A stretch of 64,000 bases of DNA from Tubulanus polymorphus (Eukaryota > Animalia > Nemertea). The stretch lies in NCBI RefSeq assembly GCF_964204645.1, contig NC_134035.1, positions 8,216,451 to 8,280,450 of the forward strand, given 5' to 3'. Both the position numbers and the translations under genes were made by a program. Positions 42,201 to 53,379 of this stretch are shown in pieces; within the stretch, counting starts at the first letter, position 1; each line of letters begins with the position of its first letter. The notes under the pieces were generated by a model. That model had not been told where the DNA came from. It saw only the letters and a list, made by a program, of their open reading frames with translations, and did not search any database.

Positions 42201-44620
42201 GTCAGAATCAAGATGGCCGACTGGCAGCCATTGTTGTTCGTCAAAATCAGCACTTTTTAAACTTTTTGAACTTTTTGAGGGAAATTTTGAAGACACTTAA
42301 ATCAATTATCTTGATCTTTCATATATGTTTGAATCTCTCAAGGGCCCATCACCATAAGAAAAATTGGGTCGATCGGACTCAAGATGGCCGTCCTATGACC
42401 TTTTTAGTGCCCAAAAATCTCAATTTTGGCCCAAATTCTGAGGTACTGAGGTACTTCCTACTGGTTTGCCATTTCTCATTACAATTTGTGATGGGTGGGT
42501 TGTTTTATACCTGAGCCAGGTATTTTGGATCGGCCAATTGTGACGCAATTGGCGGCCATCTTGGTATCATCAGTACTCATTGGTAGGTGGGAAAAAGTTT
42601 TTCCACATTATATTGATACCAAAGCATATTTTGTTACCACAATTAATTGCAAAGTTGTAGCTCATGACATAATCTATGATTGTGGTGAGTTTTAAGGACG
42701 TTCGTTATTCTATATGGTCACCAGGGGGCGTTGAATAGTAGAATAACTTAGTATTTCCTTATTAGATTGGTACCTAGGCATATTTTGTTACCATGATCAA
42801 TTGCAAAGTTGTAGTTCATGACATGTTCTATGATTATGGTGAGTTTTAAGATCATTGGGTTTTGAATATTGTCACCAGGGGGCGTTGAATAGTAGAATAA
42901 CTTAGTATTTCCATATTAAATTGGTTACGAGGCATATTTTGTTATCACAATCAATTACAAAATCGTAGCTGCTGACATGTTCTACGATTGTGGTGAGGTT
43001 CAAGGTCATTGGTTTTTGTATATGGTCACCAGGGGGCATTAAATATTGAAATTGTTAGATTGTTGAACATTGGAAACCACTTCCCAAGTGGGCATGGTGT
43101 CCCTGGACCCCTAGTTGGTTTTCGTTGGCGACTTTGGAGTTTGTAATTTTTTTCTTATATATATATATATATTTTTCTCGAAGGAGAACGTCTCCTTAAT
43201 GTATATAAATGTGTATTGTACGTAGAGGGTACATGATGAATACACTTATACTATAGGATAGATCAAAAATACCTAAAACTTTGATCAAATTATAAACAGG
43301 ATTGTTCATCTTCCTCAACACTAGAATTGTGACGGTGTTCAAAGCGATGCCGAGTATCGTGACGGGTCCGTAACAGAACATATAAATGTAAACACTAAAT
43401 TTCAGATCCCAGCGTACCGGTTCGATATTCAGAACCTCTTCGCAGCGTCCGGACCACATTACTACGGTCGGTTGTATAGTCGTTGAAATATTTCTCATAT
43501 CCATCTTATTTCACCTGGTTATCTATGAATATATTTTACGAATGGCGATGACGTGATAGGTGAAATATATCGTCAGTTTCAAAATTATAGCCCTTACTTC
43601 TAGTATCATGTGCAGACACGTCATCCTATCCAGAATAGCAGAAACTCGCCTTGTTGGATCGATTGCATGTAATTTTCTAGTCTATATTTCACGCGCTTTA
43701 TTTATACGGGATATTGTGAATTTTCAAATCCGTAATTAGTTAATATTCCGTAAATTTCATGCATATGATATATACATTTCTCAAGCATCATATGTCACCG
43801 TACAAGCCGTATTAGATCACACGAATGGTCGCGAAATTCATCGAAAATGGACTCGTCTACAAAATATAGCACAACCTAATCCCAATTTTCATGTCGCTGT
43901 ATTGACCATATTTTTTTACCAAGAGGACTTCGGAGTCCAGTGGATCGAAGTAGTAACGTTTGATGTATTGGTTACAAATAGGCATGTAGATAGGTAAATT
44001 ATGGAAAAAATGAAAGACTATCAATTGCCAAATTCTTTCAACCAGTATTACAAGAAGAATGGTTAAACAATTAAAAGGTTCTAAATAAAAAGTGCATAAA
44101 TCTTTTTTATCAATATTGTTACAACTCATAATGTTGTTTGTGTTGAAAGACTACCTGTCATTACAAGGTCTATATGCAATGTTATCTTTTCGCACAAAGA
44201 TTGAATATTGCGATATTTTTGAAAAAGTATCAATAAGTTATTCAACTATGATATTTTTTTCACGTCCGATGAGTGTTTGCCGTGGCTGTTCTAAAATACT
44301 GATTTAAACATTTGGTTACTGTTCCTTTAACAATGCAAACATAATTTTCACCAAACAATGATGATGTTGCCTGGTTATACATGTATGAACGCATAACATT
44401 ATAACATTACAACCGCAGCTACAAACCTCATAGGTTTCTTGTTATTTGTAGTTACTATGAGGTTTGAATGTCAATGATGCTGCTAGGCAGAAAACCCGTT
44501 ATCGCAGTTTGAATATTTTTCGTATTTCTTTTATATTTATAGTTAGGCTGGCTGTCGACAATTCTCCATCTTGAGCAAAAATTTAAGAAGGAGCGGACGA
44601 GCGGAATTTTCGGATTCTAA
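33273..44620 (+). CDS. Patatin-like phospholipase with two EF-hands; exons 33273-33302, 34260-34463, 34756-34900, 35773-35903, 36065-36200, 37247-37333, 38047-38150, 38347-38441, 39236-39392, 40085-40186, 40959-41123, 41463-41558, 44543-44620
   Basis: Oxyanion motif LVFEGGGAKG, nucleophile GASIG, RMSIALP, catalytic DGGLLNNYP, EF loops DANNDGCIDRDE and DSNQNNKIEYDE. All exons are AG/GT bounded and phase-consistent. First (MGNLTINGFK) and last exons are the least certain. Confidence 0.88.
33514..33840 (+). mobile_element. CR1/L2-type LINE ORF2 3' relic
   Basis: LQKRAVRIITNSNYLEHTEPLFKRLKIL...LPDCFNDYF matches the typical post-RT tail of CR1/L2-clade LINEs. Confidence 0.7.
39510..39770. repeat. 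(ATT/ATC)n degenerate microsatellite
   Basis: Direct reading. Confidence 0.95.
40817..40872 (-). ncRNA. Penelope-type minimal hammerhead-ribozyme relic (inverted partial pair)
   Basis: Minus strand TGACGA-T-GATCTC-TAGTGC-GAGATC-GAAA-CGTCG; an opposite-facing truncated copy CTGACGATGATCTCTAGTG at 40854-40872. Confidence 0.5.
42004..43116 (+). mobile_element. Helentron-associated non-autonomous element (HINE/DINE-1-like)
   Basis: Sub-terminal inverted repeat GCCCACTTGGGA (42009) / TCCCAAGTGGGC (43082), (CCGT)n microsatellite near 42054-42087, ~154-bp internal tandem units at 42625-43040, 3' stem-loop, inserted in a T-run; empty paralogous site at ~45995-46010. Confidence 0.75.
43183..43504 (-). 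pseudogene. 5'-only truncated duplicate of the GPCR at 46213-47331, nested antisense in the last patatin intron
   Basis: 102-aa ORF nearly identical to the GPCR N-terminus through TM2; premature stop where the intact copy has CTA (Leu); the rest is deleted. Confidence 0.9.
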
Positions 44621-45119
44621 TTAATTCTCTCTGAACCGATTGTGTTAAATATTGCACAAACCATCGTTCTACGTGTAACGCATCGATGGTCGTGTTATAG
44701 AGGATTCATTTCATTTCTATTTAACTCTAGATTTCAGATCTTAACTCACGACATTGTGCAACGCCGTTTAAAAAGCAAAATGATTTATATAAATATATGA
44801 ATAGCCAAGTTTAATTTTTGAATATATCTAAATTGTAATTAAAAAAACTATGACCCTCGAAGTTCTTTTTGTGTTGATGTTGTTCATTTTATATCACCGA
44901 TATTCTTACTTCAATGGTTGATCTCTCTTTAGGAATCTCCCTCGGATATTTCTCGGTCGCAATTTCATAGACAATTTGTAAAAAAGTCTAATTAAATGCA
45001 TTTGCAATGAATGAAGTGTCGATAGAAATTAACTATGAAATGATGTTATGTAAAACAGAAAATTAAAAAAGCCTTTTTTATCTCCTTATTTTCACCGCGC
45101 TGTAAATTCTACATTGTAC

Positions 45120-45530
45120 ACAATTTAAACGCTGATGAAAGTGACTGCATAAAAGCAGACTTCTTTATATTAACCAGTGGGATAAATACCACTGGCCAGA
45201 CGATCATGACCCTAAAATTTCCAGGTATGTATTTTTTACTGCGCATTTTTCTATGTTGGTGATAGAGTAGTAGTGATCATATTCATTCGATGGTCCAGAT
45301 ATCCCCGAGAGAATACCAGGAAGAAAGATGAAATCCTCACGAATAAAAGGAAATTCACCAAATATGCTCGGAAATTCATCGCCGGACTTCCAGGCAGATG
45401 GTAACAATGATGGATAGAGATGAACTCGACCAAGCCCTGAAAGGTGTAGTAAATGTCATTAAGATTTTACTATGAAAACCACAAATCTCTAGAATTTGCG
45501 ATCGATTTTACAGTACTGCATGAAAGTAAG
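45120..45530 (+). pseudogene. Degenerate duplicate of patatin exons 38347-38441, 39236-39392 and the end of 41463-41558
   Basis: High nucleotide similarity (AACGCTGATGAAAGTGACTGC..., GAGAATACCAGGAAGAA.GATGAAATCCTCACGAATAAA..., CAGTACTGCATGAAAGTAAGT) with indels and deleted introns. Confidence 0.85.
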
Positions 45531-46212
45531 TAATTATCGACACTAGATATTCGCTGTAAACATTTACATTGTGTGGCTGAAGCCTGTGGTAAAGCTTGCC
45601 GGTTTTTGCCGACAATGACTGACCCGGTTAGCTGGTCGGTACTCGTCAGATATTTCAAAACGTGGCAAAATCGACCCGATTTTATTGGATCCGTCGGTCC
45701 TTGCATCCATAGAATACCCGACTGATATCCTGATATCAATATTTAACCACTCACGCTATGCCCAAATAGGGTAAATTTACCTACCAAAACATTTCCAACG
45801 ATAGATTTGTTTTACCCATCAGAAAATTAAATTCTTTACCGTTTTTGCTGTTAATTCAAAAACATGTGATTTCCGTTATATTAAGTGTAACATTTGCAAA
45901 AGTGCAACATTTATAGGTTTCACGAAACCGAGTTAAATGGTTAAAATCAGTATAAGAGAGGTCGCAGTATCATCGTTTCATTCGGTGTACGAAGCCTTGT
46001 TTTTGTTGTCGTTGGTGACAAATGAATATTGTATGGAGTTTGCATTTTTTTTTTTAATTTCTGTAAACTCCAGATTTCATATTGCCAATATTGTTGTCTT
46101 ATCCCTCGTCATAAATAAACAGAGGCACATGAAAAAATTTATCCGCTGTTTTGGTCAAATAATTTAATGAATAAAACAAGGCTCAGACTTTGGCGAGAGT
46201 GGGTACAAGAAA

Positions 46213-47331
46213 TTACTGTACCAATTTCCAATGGAAAAAAGTTCCTACGATCAATTTCTTCGCAGCGAGTCGGAATTTATTATTAGTAAAACAATAGACG
46301 ACAAAGTTTAAACAGGAATCGACGACAGTCAAAGCTATAGCGATTTTACGGTAAACATATAATGATTGTGATACACCCAAACCTGGAATAGGTTGGAAAA
46401 ATATTAGCCGGCTATCCTTGCCATAGGCCAGTTTTTCAATAAAGATCAATGATTCGCAGGTGATGTATACAAAAACTAAAGCAAACGACATTCGTAAAAC
46501 TCTCAGTTCTAAACTACTGGCAGCGGTGCTCCTATTCAAGGTTTTTCTGCTCGATAATTTACTGACTATCAAACTGATTATTAGAATCAAATTGAAAAGG
46601 ATCAGTGAACACATCGGTACAATTATACTGGCTACTGTTCCTGTCCAGGCATTTGTATACTTCTGCCATTTCAACAGTACTCCTTTAAAGTAGGGTAAAC
46701 GGCGTCCGTCACGAATAAGCGTCACCCCGGCATGGCCCTTGACACAAGCAAATGGTTTAAGTGCCCATGCCGGTAGCATGTTCGGAATATGACAAAGAAA
46801 TGCAAATATAGTAATAGAGAATACCAGAAAATTCACAACTTTTCGAGTCCAGAATAATCGTGATTTTAAGGGGAAAAGCGTAATGACAAGTCTTTCTAAA
46901 CTAATCAGCAGGACGCACCAGTTCCGAGTTAGTTGAAGAATAAAATATGGTCCATAAGCCACTTGAATAAATTCCCAACCGTAATGCCAGTCCTCATGGT
47001 GGAATAGAACGTCTCCTAGATGTATATAAATGTGCATTGTACGTAGAGGGTACATGATGAATACACTTGTACTATAAGATATATCAAAAATAGCTAAAAC
47101 TTTAATCAAATTATAAACTTCGGGATTGTTCAGCTTCTTCAACACTAGAATTGTGACGGTGTTCAAAGCGATGCCGAGTATCGTGACGGGTCCGTAACAG
47201 AAAATGTACATGTAAACACTAAATTTCAGATCCCATCGGTTTGGTATGGTATTCAGAATCTTTTCGCATCTCCCAGACCATGTTACTACTGTCGGTTGTA
47301 CAATCGTTGAAATATTATTCATATCCGTCAT
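46213..47331 (-). CDS. Class A GPCR, FMRFamide/sex-peptide/myosuppressin-receptor-like
   Basis: 372-aa intronless ORF with 7 TM helices; TM1 GIALN, TM2 LAIFD, TM3 ISLERL (DRY variant), TM7 DSCLNFVVYCFTNNKFR. Confidence 0.88.
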   Translation of the reverse strand: MTDMNNISTIVQPTVVTWSGRCEKILNTIPNRWDLKFSVYMYIFCYGPVTILGIALNTVTILVLKKLNNPEVYNLIKVLAIFDISYSTSVFIMYPLRTMHIYIHLGDVLFHHEDWHYGWEFIQVAYGPYFILQLTRNWCVLLISLERLVITLFPLKSRLFWTRKVVNFLVFSITIFAFLCHIPNMLPAWALKPFACVKGHAGVTLIRDGRRLPYFKGVLLKWQKYTNAWTGTVASIIVPMCSLILFNLILIISLIVSKLSSRKTLNRSTAASSLELRVLRMSFALVFVYITCESLIFIEKLAYGKDSRLIFFQPIPGLGVSQSLYVYRKIAIALTVVDSCLNFVVYCFTNNKFRLAAKKLIVGTFFHWKLVQ

Positions 47332-47512
47332 ATTTCACCTGACTATCTATGAATGTATTTTACGAATGGCGACGACGTGGTAGATGAAATACATCGTCAG
47401 TTTCAAAATTATAGCCCTTACTGCAAGCATCTATCCTGTGCAGACACGTCATCGTAACCAGAATAGCAGAAACTCGCCTTGTTGGATCCGCTGCATAGTA
47501 ATTTTCAAAACT

Positions 47513-47551
<39 letters not shown>

Positions 47552-47689
47552 AAATTGTAAATTGTGTCACCGGAGACACCATATGTATTTGTTCATCGGC
47601 ATTCAATCAGTCCGATGAAAGAAATAATTCAACCGATACAACAGGGTCATTGCCAACTGACCAGTCATACGAAGTCCACAAGCTCTATT

Positions 47690-47940
47690 TCAAATAAACC
47701 AAAAGAAATTATGCAAATTTTTACGCCATCCGAAAATGATCGACTGCGAGATTATGTTTTGTTAAAAACTGCTATTCTTCCAGTTTCGTGTGAAGGTTCA
47801 GTTTGCGGTACAAATGTTCTTTCTATTTGATGATGGAGCGCAAAAAACATTTGTTCGAGAATCGGTGGTCAGTGAGTTGGGACTAATTCCAGTCGGTACC
47901 GAAACAATAAGTTTATCTAGCTTCGGGGCAACGAAGCTAG
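47690..47940 (+). mobile_element. BEL/Pao LTR-retrotransposon aspartic-protease relic
   Basis: Two frames join to VLLKTAILPV...LFDDGAQKTFVRESVVSELGL...ETISLSSFG, the DUF1758-like protease pattern. Confidence 0.65.
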
Positions 47941-48310
47941 CTATTGGGAGAGATTTGGCGGCTATTGGGAGAGATTAGTTGCCCTCGTGAAATTATGCAT
48001 TCAAAAGACTTTCGTTCGCCAGAATTGTCGTTTGAGCTCATAAAAAATAAAGAATAAATTCTCGCATGCTCGAATTTATTTTTTATTTTTTACTCACTCA
48101 ACCTCTCGACCTCTGATATGAAAAGACACTTTTCTAATTACTCTAATATTTATATACATGAACATCATATAGATGAATATTATATTAATGAAATCAATTT
48201 TAATAAAAAATTTATATAATAAATGGAGAGTAAACAAGTACATAGTGAGAACAACAAATCATTCTTAGATGGCACCATGATATAGATTTCGAATAAAATA
48301 TGTAAAATAA

Positions 48311-49051
48311 ATGGTAGAATTAAAAGAATATAGAATATATGTAGATTCTAGAAAAATTACAAATCATTTATCTCATAATTTACTGGCACAATTAGATTGA
48401 GAATTTAAAAATTGTGTTGATTTAAAATTATTAAATATAAGTTTATGTCATTCTTTTCATAATATATCGAATAAAAGTCTTGATCATTTAGCTTCTAAAA
48501 TCTATGTTAGAAATTCGACTAAATAGTTTCATCTATATTTGAAACCGGGATTATATAATTTAGAATCATTAGCGCAAGAAATTATTAAAAGAGCTCGTTT
48601 AAAAATTGGCGCATCTAGTCAGTTTGAAATTAAATTTATCAAAAGTGATAGTTCGAATAAAATAAGAATAAAAGTAGGTAATGAACAACATAGATTTTTA
48701 GTAAGAAAACCTAAACTAAACTAAGCTAAACTGTGTGGAATTCTTCCAGATAAAGCTTATTCAAATATTGATACTTATACAAATATAAAACCTTTTACAC
48801 ACTTTTATATTTATTGCAATTCAATTGACCCAACAAAAACTTTCGAAGCAAATAAAGTATATTAAATATTTTACCATTAAAAATATTAAACAATTTGTAC
48901 ACAAATATATTATAATTTAGCTGAATGTGATTTTAAACCTTGTATTTCACAATTTAATAATTTCAAATTAGAAGTAAGAAATCATAATGGATATTCAATT
49001 GATTTAAATAATTTTCCTGTAATTTATAAATTAGTTATAAGATGTAAATAG
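48311..49051 (+). pseudogene. Penton/minor-capsid-like pseudogene
   Basis: MVELKEYRIYVDSRKITNHLSHNLLAQLD*EFKNCVDLKLLNISL is collinear with the 63436 ORF; in-frame stops at 48398 and 48524 plus later indels; C-terminus FKLEVRNHNGYSIDLNNFPVIYKLVIRCK*. Confidence 0.85.
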
Positions 49052-49071
49052 TAATTTTTTGTTATATAAAT

Positions 49072-49326
49072 ATGAATATTACTGTTGGACCGAGTATATG
49101 TTTTGAATTTGATTTTAAACGTGAAAAAGAAAAGAAATTTGGTATTAATGATGTAATAACCCATCTTAAAAATACTACGTTTTTTAATGAAACAACATTT
49201 GATTATGAATCAACAATAAGTAAAGAAGTTAGTAATGTAGAAAAAATTAGTGATTTAATTAGAAATTCTTTAAGATTTTATAAATTAGATGAAGATTTTA
49301 TTATTGATGATATCAAAAAATATTAA
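49072..49326 (+). pseudogene. Viral hypothetical ORF (84 aa, probably truncated)
   Basis: AT-rich ORF directly after the penton stop, preceded by the element promoter-like motif GTAATTTTTTGTTATATAAATATG. Confidence 0.45.
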
Positions 49327-49426
49327 CTGAAATATATAAAAATAAAACTAATAATATCATAAACATTGAATTAATAATAACTAAGATAACTAAATATTTT
49401 GAAGATAGCAATTTTTAAATAAATAA

Positions 49427-49628
49427 ATGAGTGATGATAAGTGTATAATAAATGGATTATATAATGGTGGATTATTATCAGTTGGAAATGTTGGATATAC
49501 AATTAATATATATTATATTATATTATATACAATTAATAATTTCAAAATTAACATTAGCAGTTACGTAATCTAATTTAACAATTGATTATTTGGAAAAACA
49601 AAAATATATTGCTCCTATAAATGCATAA
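49427..49628 (+). pseudogene. Small adintovirus/Polinton membrane-protein ORF, disrupted
   Basis: MSDDKCIINGLYNGGLLSVGNVGYT...IDYLEKQKYIAPINA* resembles a small conserved ORF I recall from group-2 Polintons; broken by an AT-rich duplication near 49500-49540. Confidence 0.5.
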
Positions 49629-49642
49629 TCTGTGTTAAATAA

Positions 49643-50066
49643 ATGGCGTCTGCAAATATTACTATTATGGGATCGGCAATTGTTAACGCTTTAGCATTTA
49701 CAGGTGGTGGTTATTTATTTAAACATATTGAAAAAAATGGTTCATTATCAGAACAAAAAAAGACATAACTTAGCATTAGAAAAATATGTTAAAGCTAATA
49801 AAGAATATAGAGAAAAGAGACAAAATTGTATGGATTATGTTAATGAAGAATTATATAATCAAAATATTTCACATCGAGATTCTAAGTCAGTCGATGATGC
49901 TATGAGTTTATATAACGCAGTAACAAATAAAGAAAAATTACATATATATAAACCTACAATATCAGATTATTATACACCAAGTAATGAACAGAAGAAATAT
50001 GAAATAATATGGATTTTAGGTGGAACAGTTCTTGTTATATTTGTGGCATACAGATTTACAAATTAA
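49643..50066 (+). pseudogene. Conserved adintovirus/Polinton membrane/coiled-coil protein, +1 frameshift in the A7 run at 49755-49761
   Basis: MASANITIMGSAIVNALAFTGGGYLF...EQKRHNLALEK...DYVNEEL...SDYYTPSNEQKKYEIIWILGG has the NALAFTG / ERKRH / SDFYxPS pattern of this family (recalled, not searched). Confidence 0.7.
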
Positions 50067-50195
50067 TTATATATTATATTTTTAGGTTGAGTGAGTAAAA
50101 ATGAAAATAAATTCGAGTGTGTGAGAATTTATTTTTATTTTTTATGAGCTCGACCTTTCGACCTTTGGTCTGAAACAAGACTTATCTTATTACTT

Positions 50196-51085
50196 AGGTC
50201 AAACAGCTGGGGCGACTGACTTCTTAGTAATAGTGCTGTAGTTTTTGGCGAACTGTAGGTTTGCCTATGCAAACCGTCTGGTGAAGCAGTCTTCATTGAA
50301 AATGAATAGAGCACCGGTGTGTCAACAAGGCACAAACATTGGCTGTTGAACCAATAGTGGTGATTTTTTGCGTCATTGTATGGCCTAATGAGTTCTCGAG
50401 CCCACAAAATTTCATAGTGATCGAGTTATTTTTAGGGGACTTATTCTTGAAAAACACGTAAAAACCCTGCTTTTTAGCACTAAGTGATGGCACGTTTTTA
50501 CATATGACAATTTGCATATTTGGAATTGAAATATATAAAAATTCTATCCTTCCTGGAAGTGTTGCCATTTTTGTGCGACTGATCTCGATGAACTTTTCGA
50601 CCTACAGGCCCTCACTTTATAAACCCCCTAAATTTTCTCGTTTCTATTTATCTGAGTTGACCTTGCTACCTGAGCTACAATGAATGCGATTGGCTGTTTG
50701 TGGGATATACGGGAAATTCTGGGAATTTCGGCGCTTCTGATGTAATTGGGAGAGCCCCATGTGGAACTCGCTAAAAAGCAAAATGGCGAGCATTTCATTC
50801 GACTAGGTATCGTATGCGGGCTTATAATTTGTTCGGTTTTACGAATATAGCCGAGTAGGCTATTCAATTCAGTATCCAAACTAGCAAATATGACGATACT
50901 GCTGGAGTTTTGGCTTAGATTTGTCTTGTCAACGCCTTAGACCTGCTAACCCGTACGGTTTAACCGCGGCCGTCGGTCCGCTTTTTTGTGAACCGTGTAA
51001 CTGTTCTACTCTATTCAATTTGAGTACGTTCTTCCTAACAAAGAATGATTAAACGAAACAGGCCAAGCGCCCCAGCTGCTTGACG
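50196..51085. mobile_element. Non-autonomous DNA transposon abutting the relic's end
   Basis: Inverted ends GTCAAACAGCTGGGGCG ... CGCCCCAGCTGCTTGAC. Confidence 0.55.
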
Positions 51086-51299
51086 TTTATTTAAAATTCC
51101 GCCAGGCTCTGTTTTAGTGCCGACTAATGACATGTACCTATCCCTAAAAAATTCGAAGACCATTCTTTTTGCAGATCTTTAGGTATTCTTTAACAATGCA
51201 GACATAATTTTCCTAACAATGGTGATGTCACCTGGTTTGTATCTAAATGGTGTGCCAAATTATCAATTTAGTAGTAGATGGCAATGCCAATATGTGGTT

Positions 51300-51625
51300 G
51301 AAGTTATTAGTCCTTGTATGCTGATGACACTATTTTACTGGCTGACAGTGCCGATAACCTGCAGCATTTGCTTAACTCAGCCTCATAGACGGTAACCTAA
51401 TTGAATATTGGTCAAAGATTTCCGGTACCTTGGGGTTATTTTCAATTATACTGGCTCGTTCGTGAAATGTAGAAAAAGTGCACGTGAGCATGCTAAGAAA
51501 AGCCTTTTCTTTGTATTAAAAAAAAGTAAAGGAACAATCGTTAGACTTAGACATTGCATTCCAGTTGTTCGATGCGATGGTTGTACCAATACTAACATTT
51601 GGATCAGAAATTTGGGGGTACGAGG
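51300..51625 (+). mobile_element. Non-LTR retrotransposon reverse-transcriptase relic
   Basis: YADDTILLADSADNLQHLLN, VKDFRYLGVIF and FDAMVVPILTFGSEIWG in shifting frames. Confidence 0.8.
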
Positions 51626-52009
51626 GAAGGGGGAGAGATTCGGTAAATATACCAACGCGACACGACATATTTTCTATAAACCGGCACCGGAGACATTGGT
51701 GTCTGATGCGACGCAACTTAAAAGTGCGGGAATCAATATACGGCGGAATTCTGGGATACAACTGTGGTGTCCGACCAACTAATTGACTTGTGCATAACCG
51801 AACATCCTCACATCGAGCTTCTGAGAGACTTATTTACCAGGTAACGGAAACTGGATATAACAGCGAAACCAATGATAATAACGATGATAACTAACTAGCT
51901 AACTTTAATTGTGTGTGATCATTTCGTTAATAAAACCTGATTTATTAATACGTTGTTGATTTCCATATCTTGTTTGTTTGTGTTTTGTGGTCACCCGTCA
52001 ACCCAGTCA

Positions 52010-52302
52010 ACCCACGATCCTTGTGCATAATTTCTCGACTACATTGCGACATGTCGTCCGTCGACCGTCAACCAGCGGATTATATAGGTCTATGCACTAT
52101 AATCGTCTCTCATATTGGTCACCACGATCCTTGTACTTAAATTATTGGCGACAACATTGCAACGTGTCATCCGTCGACCGTCAACCAGCGGAATATATAG
52201 GTCTATGCACTATATCGTCTCTCATATTGGTCACCACGATCCTTGTACTTAAATTATCGGCGACAACATTGCAACGTGTCATCCGTCGACCGTCAACCAG
52301 CG
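52010..52302. repeat. ~110-bp tandem repeat, about 2.6 units
   Basis: CCACGATCCTTGT...CCGTCGACCGTCAACCAGCGGA units start near 52012, 52122 and 52234. Confidence 0.85.
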
Positions 52303-52980
52303 GAGAGATACAATGAGCCAACCAACAAACAGTGAACTAAGTTTACCCATTAACTGTCACTACTAGTCGTCGGTCAACCTGTACATAAACTGGCCCTTTG
52401 CCGCGCATTAATACCAAATTGATGTATTCATGCGCCAATGTATTAATGCGCTGATACATTACCCGCACAACTTATTCGCTCTGTGCTTTATACGATTTGG
52501 GCCCAATTTCCTTAAGTTCGCATATCAAGGCAGGGGCGTGTCCAGCCGGTCAATTTGACTTTATTCCTAAAAATTACTGCTCAATTATCTGCCGGCGATG
52601 AAGCTGATTAAAGGGAGTTTGATATCCTACCCCAAGAAAAATTTGAAAAATCACTCCTTTTCCTTGTATCTAAAGGTACGGAATCGCCCTGTGGACATAT
52701 CTATCAAAACAAATTTTTCGAGGTTAACTCCGAGTTCGTAACTCGGAATAAACTAGTTATCTCAGTTAAACGCGACTATGACCCTTAAAGTTCTTATTGT
52801 ATCACCGATACTTTTACTAACATAGTTAGTTTCTCTTTAAGAATCGCCCTCGGATATTTATCTGTCATATTCAAAAACATTTTCTAAAAGTGTATGATAA
52901 AATGCGTTTGCAATGAATAAACGCAAAGTTTCGATAGAAATTCAATGAATATCATGTAAAACTATGATATCATGTAAAAC

Positions 52981-53379
52981 TATGGCGGCTGATAAGGGCC
53001 AAATACAATAATTTTCACACGACCTCGATTATAGAAAAACACAAAACGAAACTTATACAGCAAAAACGAATTTTTGTTTTTGCTCTATGGATTTTCGTTT
53101 TGCATTTTTCTATAACCGAGGTCATATGAAAATAATTCAATAGAGCAAAAACGAAAGTTCGTTTTCGCTAGGGCGCAAGACGAATTTTATGGCGCAAAAA
53201 CGAAAAATCATAGAGAAAAAACGAAAAATCATAGAGCGAAAACGAATATTTTCGAAAAGTTCGTTTTTGCGCGGTAGCAAAACGAAGTTTTCGTTTTTGC
53301 TCTATAGGTTTCGTTTTGCGTTTTTCTATAATCGAGGTCGTGCAAAAATTAATGCATTTGGCCCTTATCAGCCACTATA
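52981..53379. mobile_element. MITE with ~75-bp TIRs
   Basis: TATGGCGGCTGATAAGGGCCAAAT... / ...ATTTGGCCCTTATCAGCCACTATA, flanked by TAAAAC on both sides; empty paralogous site ATGTAAAACAGA at ~45048-45059. Confidence 0.85.

Larger units (their letters stand above)
48034..50194 (+). mobile_element. Decayed, internally deleted relative of the Polinton-like element at 56889+
   Basis: Very AT-rich; contains a pseudogenised copy of the 63436 penton-like gene, two adintovirus-type small membrane ORFs, and two copies of the element terminal motif (ending 48142 and 50194). Confidence 0.85.

Noticed and set aside
43857-44330. LINE 3'-tail relic on the minus strand (also 40490-40720)
   Set aside because: Only faint resemblance; too degraded to support a call
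48034-50151. The 70-bp inverted repeats as the true TIRs of one non-autonomous element
   Set aside because: The terminal AGTAAT motif lies to the right of both copies in the same orientation, so they are sub-terminal hairpins; no TSD seen around them
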